This document shows positions 48,739 to 56,419 of a stretch of 64,000 nt of DNA, one piece after another. The translations under genes were made by a program, and so were the position numbers. The stretch lies in the IMG/VR virus record IMGVR_UViG_3300044266_000210, positions 1-64,000 of that record. One strand, written 5' to 3'. Source of the stretch: a virus (taxonomy: Duplodnaviria > Caudoviricetes). The notes beneath the pieces were generated by a model that was given only the letters and a program-made list of their open reading frames with translations, searched no databases and was not told the DNA's origin. The first letter of the stretch is position 1. Each line of letters opens with the position of its first letter.

Positions 48739-49469
48739 GCCTGTGCAGGAATAATATATTTGTAGGTAGCAATACCGCTATCTAACTCAATCTGCATTGC
48801 ACCGTCGTTACTAAAACTCATTTTAGTATTATTGCCGTCTGCAATCTTAAGAATGCTTAGTACAGCACCAACTGGCCATGTCCATGCTTTGTTTAGTTTA
48901 CCTGTTACGCCCGATGCAAAAGTAAATTCTCCACCGTGTGTACTCTGATCGCCAAATACAAACACCAGTTTGTCACCGTCTGTTTTAGCAAGGAATGTTG
49001 TATGTTCTGTGTTTGCACCTGCTTGAAATTGAAATCTTTGGATAGAACTTACAGTAGGCTCAACTTCAACATGCCAGTTAACTCCGCGGAACTTAACAGT
49101 CTTGAGTTTCTCGTTAATGATTTCTGTATTCATAAAACGATAGTCGTTCTTAAAGTCACCATCTTTATTTTCAAAATGTAACCCAACCGGCAAGTCTTCA
49201 CCATTTCGGGTCGCAGTAACAACTTCAATCTTAGCACCTTCTTGATATTCCTTGCCCTCAACTAGATAGCGCAGTTTTTCTAACTGAGGCATACCAAATA
49301 CTCCCTTCATGTTAGCCTGCGGATCCTTTGTTTCGGCATACATAATGACGCTACGGTCATCTGCCATACTATCAACTTGTGTTTTTTTATCGTCGCCTGT
49401 AACCTTAACAATGTTAAGAAATCCTAGTTTGTTTGTGTGGTTAACGATGTCTTGTAAAATGTCTCGCAT
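48735..49469 (-). CDS. DNA polymerase sliding clamp (gp45-like)
   Basis: 244 aa, next to the DNA polymerase; C-terminal GAMQIELDSGIATYKYIIPA typical of clamps. Confidence 0.65.
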   Translation of the reverse strand: MRDILQDIVNHTNKLGFLNIVKVTGDDKKTQVDSMADDRSVIMYAETKDPQANMKGVFGMPQLEKLRYLVEGKEYQEGAKIEVVTATRNGEDLPVGLHFENKDGDFKNDYRFMNTEIINEKLKTVKFRGVNWHVEVEPTVSSIQRFQFQAGANTEHTTFLAKTDGDKLVFVFGDQSTHGGEFTFASGVTGKLNKAWTWPVGAVLSILKIADGNNTKMSFSNDGAMQIELDSGIATYKYIIPAQA

Positions 49470-49488
49470 AATAATAATCCTTTGTTAA

Positions 49489-49517
49489 ATTTTATTTAGA
49501 TAATATGAAAAAGTCAA
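49489..49517 (-). promoter_or_regulatory. Sigma70-like promoter
   Basis: TTGACT-17 nt-TAAAAT. Confidence 0.55.
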
Positions 49518-49524
49518 GAGTTTT

Positions 49525-52197
49525 TTATTCAAAATCAAATAGACTTCCAAATGTATTCGTTTCAGTGGTACTATTTAGGTCCCACTCAAGTACCCCGATT
49601 AGGTTTTCAATTTTGTTATTGATAATAACACTTTCCATTTCTGCATGATCAAATGGTAATTCCTGAAACCATTTAGGCAAACGAAGTTCATCAACTGGAT
49701 AGGCTACCGATGTATATCCAAGCGGGTTAGATTTAAGTTTACAAACAATGACTTTCATACCGTCTACAATTTGCTGACTATATTTGTCGCTGTTCATTCT
49801 TTTAAGTGTATTCCAATTAATGCTTGCTCGAACATGACCTGGCATATTTGCCTTACCCTGTTTCTTTTCTTTTGCTTCGTACTCTGTTATGTTGTTTGCT
49901 CGTTTGGGAGAACCTTTCTCCCAACCAGGTCGTGCTTTGAACTCTGTCCTAAATTCCATAATTCTATCTAGTACTTCTCTTTCGTTACTACCATTAAGTA
50001 CTTTGGTTAGAATTTCTTCTAAGAACTTTTGCATAAATTCCGGAGTATCACTACGCTTAAGGTCTAGACCCATGGCCTTGATCTTACCTGGCTTGCCTTC
50101 TACATCTTGACGCTTGCCTTCTTTATCGTAATACAGAACAGCATAACGCTTCTTGGTAATGAACAGGCCTTTGATAGCAACAATTTCTCGACCTGCTTTA
50201 ATAACTTCGCCACGACTCTTAGGACAGTGGAATCCATCAAGCATAAACTGTGGAAAGGTACCGTTAACTTCTGCGGCAATAGAATCATATAGTTGAATTA
50301 CTGTATCTTTATCCCACGGAATTTCTTTTTTAGCAATTTCGTTCTTAAGACTAGTATACGCACTAAAATAGGCAGAGTCTGTATCTCCATAGATAATTGC
50401 TTTGCCTACATGATCATATTCACCGGTTACAACTTCATTTATTTTTGCGGCCATATGGCGAGCAATTTGTCGTCCGGTAAGAGTTGTGGATTGGCCAATA
50501 CGATCATCAAAGAACCTGCAACCAACGTTAAGAATAGCACCGTATAGGCTATTGAGGTTAATCTTTTTAACCAACTGTCTTTTATCCCAATATTCTTCTT
50601 CAATTTTATTCTCCGCCTTAATGGCATCTTTTAGTTTAGCCTGCATTTCCTTGCGTTCTGCATACCAGCGTTTCAACAGACCCGGGATAACGCCTTCGTG
50701 TTCGTGTGTAAAAATTGTGCCGTTGGCGCTGAGCATCCACGGCTTACCACTGTTAAAAATTAATTCATAGATTTGAGCACCGCTAGCAACATCTGTAGTA
50801 CCATCCTCCCAATCGATAATAATATCATTAGTACGGTCTTGGTTCATTACAAACTCATATTCGTTGGTAGCAAACTTACCTTCCCATGAACCAGCAAAGC
50901 TCAATCCTTTGGCTGTGGTCTTTTCTTCGATTTCAGCCTTGGTGTAATCTGGGCGTAGCTGACCCACGATTGTTTCTGGACCCATGTTGAGCGCACGAAT
51001 AACTGAAGGATACAGACTGTTAATGTCCATAGATCCGATCCAATCATGTAAGCCTTTCTTAGGATAGGCAACATAAGCGCCTGCGGCCTGACTATTTACG
51101 GTATCATCTCTACGAGGTCGACTAGGAACAATCATTCCTCTATGATGTGCTTCATTTACAATAGCCTGCTCTGTAACTGCTACAGCACCCATAGTGGTTT
51201 GTAGCAACACTGTGTTTTCGTGTGCAATTGTATTGGCTAGATCGATGAATTTTAGTTTTTTATCAAGTTTATCTAATAGCGCACAGTCTTGTCTGTTGTA
51301 TTCGATAAATTTACGGAAGTCGTTGTTGTAAAGCTGATCAAGTGTACCTTCGTAGACTGTTTTACTTTCTCCTACTTCCATTTCTCCAATGGCATCGAGC
51401 CTGTAGGAATGGCGTTCTTCATAAGTGTATTTGCGGTACAGCTCGAGACTGTCCAAATGAACGCGACCAACCAAGTCATAAGTAACAGCCGTTTTTCCAT
51501 ATTTTTCGTACTCTCGTTTTTTAGGGAATTGATTCCACAGACAGAATCTGCGTGTGTCCTCTTTGCTAAGAACTTTAGTAACTCTATTTACCGTGTATGG
51601 AATATCAAAGCCTTCGCTGTTCCAACCACTGAGTACATCTGCTTCACTAATAAGTTCTAAGAACATATCTAACATTTCATACTCTGTTTCAAACAGATAT
51701 GTGTTAGGAAAATCTTTAACCTGTATCTTTGCTTGTTCTAATGTAAGAGTCTTTGGTGGTACTGCAAGACAAACAAGTGTATCCATCCACTGTAGGTGAA
51801 CAGCAATCGCAGTAATTGGCATAAACGCATCGTCGGGACTTGCGTAACCTCGTTCTGGATCAAAGTCCACCTCAATATCGAAAAATGCTACATTTAGTTT
51901 TGGTGCTTCTCGACCTAGGTAATTTTCTTCTAGACATCGGAATACCGGATTTATATCGCTTTCGAAGAGTTTATAGCTAGAGTGTACCTTTTGCTCTTTA
52001 ATAAATTCTTTGAATGTTTTTGTAGTAACCCTTGATAGGCTATCGCCATAAATTGATTTGTACTTACCCCGTTGATCAGGATAGTAAAATAGATAACGAG
52101 CAGGATATGTCTGATACACTCTGCCCTGTTTAGGATCTCGTTCAACGACATGGATAATGTCCTTTTCGCGATCCCAAATCGCGTCAGTATAACTCAT
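49525..52197 (-). CDS. Family B DNA polymerase (T4 gp43-like)
   Basis: Exonuclease motifs FDIEV, NSEGFDIPY, YNRQD; polymerase motifs DINSLYPS, KINLNSLYG, YGDTDS, KKRY. Confidence 0.97.
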   Translation of the reverse strand: MSYTDAIWDREKDIIHVVERDPKQGRVYQTYPARYLFYYPDQRGKYKSIYGDSLSRVTTKTFKEFIKEQKVHSSYKLFESDINPVFRCLEENYLGREAPKLNVAFFDIEVDFDPERGYASPDDAFMPITAIAVHLQWMDTLVCLAVPPKTLTLEQAKIQVKDFPNTYLFETEYEMLDMFLELISEADVLSGWNSEGFDIPYTVNRVTKVLSKEDTRRFCLWNQFPKKREYEKYGKTAVTYDLVGRVHLDSLELYRKYTYEERHSYRLDAIGEMEVGESKTVYEGTLDQLYNNDFRKFIEYNRQDCALLDKLDKKLKFIDLANTIAHENTVLLQTTMGAVAVTEQAIVNEAHHRGMIVPSRPRRDDTVNSQAAGAYVAYPKKGLHDWIGSMDINSLYPSVIRALNMGPETIVGQLRPDYTKAEIEEKTTAKGLSFAGSWEGKFATNEYEFVMNQDRTNDIIIDWEDGTTDVASGAQIYELIFNSGKPWMLSANGTIFTHEHEGVIPGLLKRWYAERKEMQAKLKDAIKAENKIEEEYWDKRQLVKKINLNSLYGAILNVGCRFFDDRIGQSTTLTGRQIARHMAAKINEVVTGEYDHVGKAIIYGDTDSAYFSAYTSLKNEIAKKEIPWDKDTVIQLYDSIAAEVNGTFPQFMLDGFHCPKSRGEVIKAGREIVAIKGLFITKKRYAVLYYDKEGKRQDVEGKPGKIKAMGLDLKRSDTPEFMQKFLEEILTKVLNGSNEREVLDRIMEFRTEFKARPGWEKGSPKRANNITEYEAKEKKQGKANMPGHVRASINWNTLKRMNSDKYSQQIVDGMKVIVCKLKSNPLGYTSVAYPVDELRLPKWFQELPFDHAEMESVIINNKIENLIGVLEWDLNSTTETNTFGSLFDFE

Positions 52198-52209
52198 TAA
52201 TTTCTCCTA

Positions 52210-52257
52210 TGTCATTTGCGGCTGACACATACCAAACTGATCATTTGTGGCTGATCA
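52210..52257 (-). promoter_or_regulatory. Tandem hairpin translational operator upstream of DNA polymerase
   Basis: UGAUCA-GCCACAAA-UGAUCA and UGUCA-GCCGCAAA-UGACA immediately 5' of the AGGAG SD. Confidence 0.65.
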
Positions 52258-52281
52258 AACCTTTCATATGTTTATTTAATG

Positions 52282-52572
52282 TTAGTTAACTAACATTCTA
52301 ATTAAACCCACGGTGTCGATGGTGGTAAGTAGAATATAATTAGCGAGCATTCCGAAGGATCTACGAGTGAAAGCAGCCCAAGCATACATAGCACACCCAC
52401 TAATCCAAACAGGATACAATAACAAAAGCGGCGGATTAGGGACTGTGATTGCCATTGTGATCGAGCAGCCAATACTAACAGCCCAGGCAAGCAACTCGAC
52501 AACAAAGCGAAAAGGATGAGAGCGCCAATCATCTTTGATCCAGCCAAATATTCCTGTTAACAGGTCGTTCAT
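52282..52572 (-). CDS. Small membrane protein
   Basis: Three hydrophobic segments in 96 aa. Confidence 0.7.
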   Translation of the reverse strand: MNDLLTGIFGWIKDDWRSHPFRFVVELLAWAVSIGCSITMAITVPNPPLLLLYPVWISGCAMYAWAAFTRRSFGMLANYILLTTIDTVGLIRMLVN

Positions 52573-52841
52573 ACATCTTCACGGCGATTGGCGTGTCCAC
52601 TAATATCAACGATAGTTTCAAGATCGTCAAACTCGCGGAACACTTGATCCCATTGATCTTTTTGTGCAATCTTAATTGCCTTGCGAATTACACTCGGTTT
52701 AACTTCTAGTTCCTCTGCTACAGCTTTGATAGTTTCGTTAAGACCTTCGGTTAAGTCTTGAATTTCTTGCATGACAGTCATTCCTTCTGCCACGATTTGT
52801 TTGATTTTTGCTTGTTCTGGCGCACCAAATGCTTTACCCAT
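52569..52841 (-). CDS. Small coiled-coil DNA-binding protein (T4 DsbA/GapR-like)
   Basis: EIQDLTEGLNETIKAVAEELEVKPSVIRKAIKIA pattern; has its own sigma70 promoter. Confidence 0.5.
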   Translation of the reverse strand: MGKAFGAPEQAKIKQIVAEGMTVMQEIQDLTEGLNETIKAVAEELEVKPSVIRKAIKIAQKDQWDQVFREFDDLETIVDISGHANRREDV

Positions 52842-52861
52842 TATAATTCTCCTTGTGTGTT

Positions 52862-52890
52862 AGTATATAGCACTAGACTGGCAAGGTCAA
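52862..52890 (-). promoter_or_regulatory. Sigma70-like promoter
   Basis: TTGACC-17 nt-TATACT. Confidence 0.65.
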
Positions 52891-52891
52891 A

Positions 52892-53386
52892 TTATTTTTT
52901 GTTCAGAAATGTTGCGGCAAATCTTTTACAGATGTCTTTAAGTTTACCAGTTTGTGTTTCTTCTAGGCTAAACTTTACCTTCTCGTTGTCCTGTGTTGGA
53001 TCTATATACCCACAATAGACTTTGCGACATTTTGAATTGTTTACCAAATCGGTACAACTTTCTCCATAGCGTTCGTCCATATCCTCGTTGCAAGGACTTA
53101 GTGTGGTAATAATAATACTACCCTGTGGTATTGGACCGTAGTGTTCTTCATAACGATCCATAGCAACTCTTTCTGCGTGGCGTCTAGTTCCGTCCCCGGC
53201 CGCCTCGTTTACACCGAAGACTTTGCGGTTTTTGGGGTCTAAGACACAGGCCGCAACCATTCCGTATTTTTCTGAATCAATATTCTGACCCTTTATTACA
53301 TGGTAGCAGAGTTCAGCCAGAATCTTGTCCAGCTTAGGACGATTGTGAATTTCATAATCACTTTCATCAAACTCTCTTAGTCTCAT
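52892..53386 (-). CDS. Zinc-dependent cytidine/dCMP deaminase-superfamily protein
   Basis: HAE and TLSPC...C motifs, with an 11-residue spacer between the Cys residues. Confidence 0.8.
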   Translation of the reverse strand: MRLREFDESDYEIHNRPKLDKILAELCYHVIKGQNIDSEKYGMVAACVLDPKNRKVFGVNEAAGDGTRRHAERVAMDRYEEHYGPIPQGSIIITTLSPCNEDMDERYGESCTDLVNNSKCRKVYCGYIDPTQDNEKVKFSLEETQTGKLKDICKRFAATFLNKK

Positions 53387-55341
53387 TTTTTCTTGCTTGG
53401 TTCGTTGGCAGCATAATGTGCCGCTACAGCCATTTGTGCTTTCTTTTGTGGTGTTTTATTTTTAAACTGATGGTATTTGTTTGGATCGGCTTTTTGAAAA
53501 TCCTGTACCCATACATCTACATCAGCTTGTGGATTTAATTTTTCTGATACTTGTTGTGCCACACTTAGTACATAAGCATCTTCGTGGCAGTTCCATTTAC
53601 GCAGAGCCAATGCCTTGCGTGTAGGTTTGCCGTTAGGCTTCTTCATTGGACCCTTTACACCTGACATACGAGCACAGAAAGATTTGCGGCGTTTAGCGGC
53701 CTTACTACCTTTCTTTAACTTGCTAGGCTTGGTAGTAACTGCTGTTTGTAGTTTGCTACCAGGATGACTACGACGATAACTAGCTACACCCTTCTTATTC
53801 AACCCGCCTGATTTGCTCTTGCCTTTACTTGTTTGCCATGCTTCGGCTTCTGCTAGTAATTCTTGATCGTCGATATTTTCAACATCTTCCCAGACTTGAT
53901 CAACATCTACACCGTTCTGAGCGGCAATGTCTTCAATCATAGATTCGATAATATCAAATTTCTGATTAAGTTCGGCATCTTCGCTTAGACCTTTTTTCTT
54001 CTTAGCGATAGCAATAGCGGCCTGTTGTGCAGGATTAGCTGCCTCGGTAGCTTCAATGTCTTCTTTAGGCACACAGTTATTAACTCTAACACCGCCCTTC
54101 ATTTTAGTACCCTGCTTTTTATAGCCTTTCCAGCAACTAGGATCTAGTCGTTGTTTTTCTTCGTTAAGTACTGTTTCTAAATGGCTCATGAATTCATCTT
54201 CCATGACTCCGCGGCCGTGATGTGTTCCTGAGTATGTATCGTAGGATCCTTTACCCCAACCACCTACTGTACTATGATCTTCGCTGACCTGTTTGATTGC
54301 TTGGATAGCTGGTTTAACTTGATCTTGTTTTAATTTAACAGGAAATTCTTTTCCTGCATAATTAAAACTATCTTCGCCTCTACTGGCCGCTACAGCGTGA
54401 GCCTTAGCAAATTGTTCTGCCTTATCTTGACCGCCAAGTTTTCTAGCGGCTAAATCCCATAGCTTGTCTACTGCCCACATACCACCTTTAGCACTATTAT
54501 AAGCACCGTAGGCTGCAAGAGCAGTTCCGATAACAGGACCCAACAGCCCGACAATAGCAGGAGCACCGGCAGCACCAAGTGCGCCTAATGCCAGACCGCC
54601 TGCTGCTTTTGCTAGGAAAGGTGCATCTTCGTCGACTTCTTCTGCACGAGCAATTGTTTGCTTTAGACTATGAATACGACTTTGAATATCTTTTTGTTGA
54701 CGCCAGAAGCTATGATCATCACTGTATTCAAAGTTAGGATCAAACTGTCCCTGTAATTTTTCTAATTCAGCCTTCATCTGTGGAAGGTTTGCTTTATCAC
54801 GAGCTAGACTATCTGCACGGTTTTTTTCGTCCGATGCTGCCCTTATTTTATCATATCGTGCCTGTGCGCGACCGATCCCTGCATCTCTTCTACGAGCAAT
54901 ATCTAGTTCTTTTTCTCGACTTGCTGGATCATTGCCAAACGCCGCGCCCATTTTTGCCAGAGCTGATGCCATTTTAGCCTTGCGCTGATAATCCCCTAGA
55001 CTAACTTCATCTAGTTTTGCTTTTAATACTTCAATGCGTGTTGCAATATCTTCCATGTAAGGTTTCTTGTGTTTTTCCTTACCTTGTTTTTGTTCTTTTT
55101 TCTTGTCTCGATGGGCGCCTGCACCTGTCTGAGTTTTTAACGCACCTTGTCTAGGCTTTTGTTTAACTGGAACAGTAACACTATCGCCTTCTTGTGTAAT
55201 TAGCCCGCCTCGTTTAATAACATTGCCCATAGGCTTTGATATGCTAGCTACAGCACCTGCACTAGTACCGCCGCCTGTTGCACTTTCCAAAGTATAGACA
55301 GTGGCATCTTTATATTGTTTTACTTTAAATTCGTGTTTCAT
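53383..55341 (-). CDS. Modular basic/acidic protein, putative head-internal polyprotein
   Basis: Short basic modules (CWKGYKKQGTKMKGG..VNNCVP; GGLNKKGVASYRR..RRKSFCARM) separated by Glu-ending linkers. Confidence 0.6.
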   Translation of the reverse strand: MKHEFKVKQYKDATVYTLESATGGGTSAGAVASISKPMGNVIKRGGLITQEGDSVTVPVKQKPRQGALKTQTGAGAHRDKKKEQKQGKEKHKKPYMEDIATRIEVLKAKLDEVSLGDYQRKAKMASALAKMGAAFGNDPASREKELDIARRRDAGIGRAQARYDKIRAASDEKNRADSLARDKANLPQMKAELEKLQGQFDPNFEYSDDHSFWRQQKDIQSRIHSLKQTIARAEEVDEDAPFLAKAAGGLALGALGAAGAPAIVGLLGPVIGTALAAYGAYNSAKGGMWAVDKLWDLAARKLGGQDKAEQFAKAHAVAASRGEDSFNYAGKEFPVKLKQDQVKPAIQAIKQVSEDHSTVGGWGKGSYDTYSGTHHGRGVMEDEFMSHLETVLNEEKQRLDPSCWKGYKKQGTKMKGGVRVNNCVPKEDIEATEAANPAQQAAIAIAKKKKGLSEDAELNQKFDIIESMIEDIAAQNGVDVDQVWEDVENIDDQELLAEAEAWQTSKGKSKSGGLNKKGVASYRRSHPGSKLQTAVTTKPSKLKKGSKAAKRRKSFCARMSGVKGPMKKPNGKPTRKALALRKWNCHEDAYVLSVAQQVSEKLNPQADVDVWVQDFQKADPNKYHQFKNKTPQKKAQMAVAAHYAANEPSKKK

Positions 55342-55706
55342 TTTTTACTCATCCAATTACTGGTAGGGCTTACCTTGTGTGTATCTTCGGGTTCTGCACT
55401 TTTAGACCATGGAGTTACCTGTTTGCTGTCTGTAGGAACAGTTGCTTCGGCCTGGCGGAACATATTATATTCTTCTTCTGTGTAGGGATGCTGTGTGTTA
55501 TACTTTTCTACCCAACTTGCTTCATCCATATCAACTGGTTTTTTACTCTTACCGTCGGCCATAGCAGTGGCCATCCATAAACGATTCATGTGATAAGTTC
55601 TATCGTAGCCACCATCGTCACGAGAAACATAAACACCTTGCTGTACCGCGGCATGGCGCTTCTTCATTTTTCCCTTTCGCTCTACAATAAAATCTCTTGC
55701 TCTCAT
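55338..55706 (-). CDS. Hypothetical protein, putative virion-internal
   Basis: 122 aa; begins MRARDFIVE. Confidence 0.65.
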   Translation of the reverse strand: MRARDFIVERKGKMKKRHAAVQQGVYVSRDDGGYDRTYHMNRLWMATAMADGKSKKPVDMDEASWVEKYNTQHPYTEEEYNMFRQAEATVPTDSKQVTPWSKSAEPEDTHKVSPTSNWMSKK

Positions 55707-56149
55707 TGCGGGCCGCCCTTGCTACTTGCTCGTAACATCCATCCGTGCTTTTCGTGTGCGTCCATACGCTCTGCCAGGAAGTTGCTGAATCCGTGCTTGC
55801 CTTCTGCTTCGGCAGCATCGTATGTTTTCTTTAGGATCATGATCATCCGTTCATTGTCAATTAATAATTCTCGTACCATCGCTTCTAGAGGAATGATTTC
55901 AGTTTCATCTTTAACTTGAGTAAGCATACTGAAGCGAGCTAGGCTTGCTGGAGTGTAGGTCTTTAATTTGCGAATATTTTCGGCAAAATCGTCAACAACT
56001 CCATACACTTCGTCGTAAATCTTTTCAAAAAGTGCGTGATATTCAAAGAAATCGCTTCCTTCGACGTTCCAATGAAAGTTCTGCGCCTTTAGTGCAAAAC
56101 TATAGGTGCTTGCAAATGCTATTTTGGCTAACTGTTGTAACTGATCCAT
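55703..56149 (-). CDS. dps: Dps/ferritin-like DNA protection protein
   Basis: NFHWNVEG..F...H.LFE..Y.....D..AE ferroxidase motifs, HEKHGWML; ATAAATA upstream at 56157-56163. Confidence 0.9.
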   Translation of the reverse strand: MDQLQQLAKIAFASTYSFALKAQNFHWNVEGSDFFEYHALFEKIYDEVYGVVDDFAENIRKLKTYTPASLARFSMLTQVKDETEIIPLEAMVRELLIDNERMIMILKKTYDAAEAEGKHGFSNFLAERMDAHEKHGWMLRASSKGGPQ

Positions 56150-56155
56150 GATATG

Positions 56156-56419
56156 TTATTTATTATTTTTTCCAAACCAAAGTTTAAACCACTCTTCGGT
56201 TCCAGGACGTATTCCCTGTTCACGCTGTATTTGTCCTTTATTACTACCTACTACAGCAGGTTTTAACAGACTATTATATTGGGCCAGTGCCTCCATTGAT
56301 CCTAGTCCGCCCATCATGCTTGCAGGCATTAGGTTGTGTATAGGATCATCGGGTGCTAGATAGCAATCGTTATCCTCTTTAGGATTAAGATCTGCGCTGG
56401 TTATTTTGTATTGCTTCAT
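56156..56419 (-). CDS. Hypothetical protein
   Basis: 87-aa ORF ending IRPGTEEWFKLWF. Confidence 0.65.
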   Translation of the reverse strand: MKQYKITSADLNPKEDNDCYLAPDDPIHNLMPASMMGGLGSMEALAQYNSLLKPAVVGSNKGQIQREQGIRPGTEEWFKLWFGKNNK

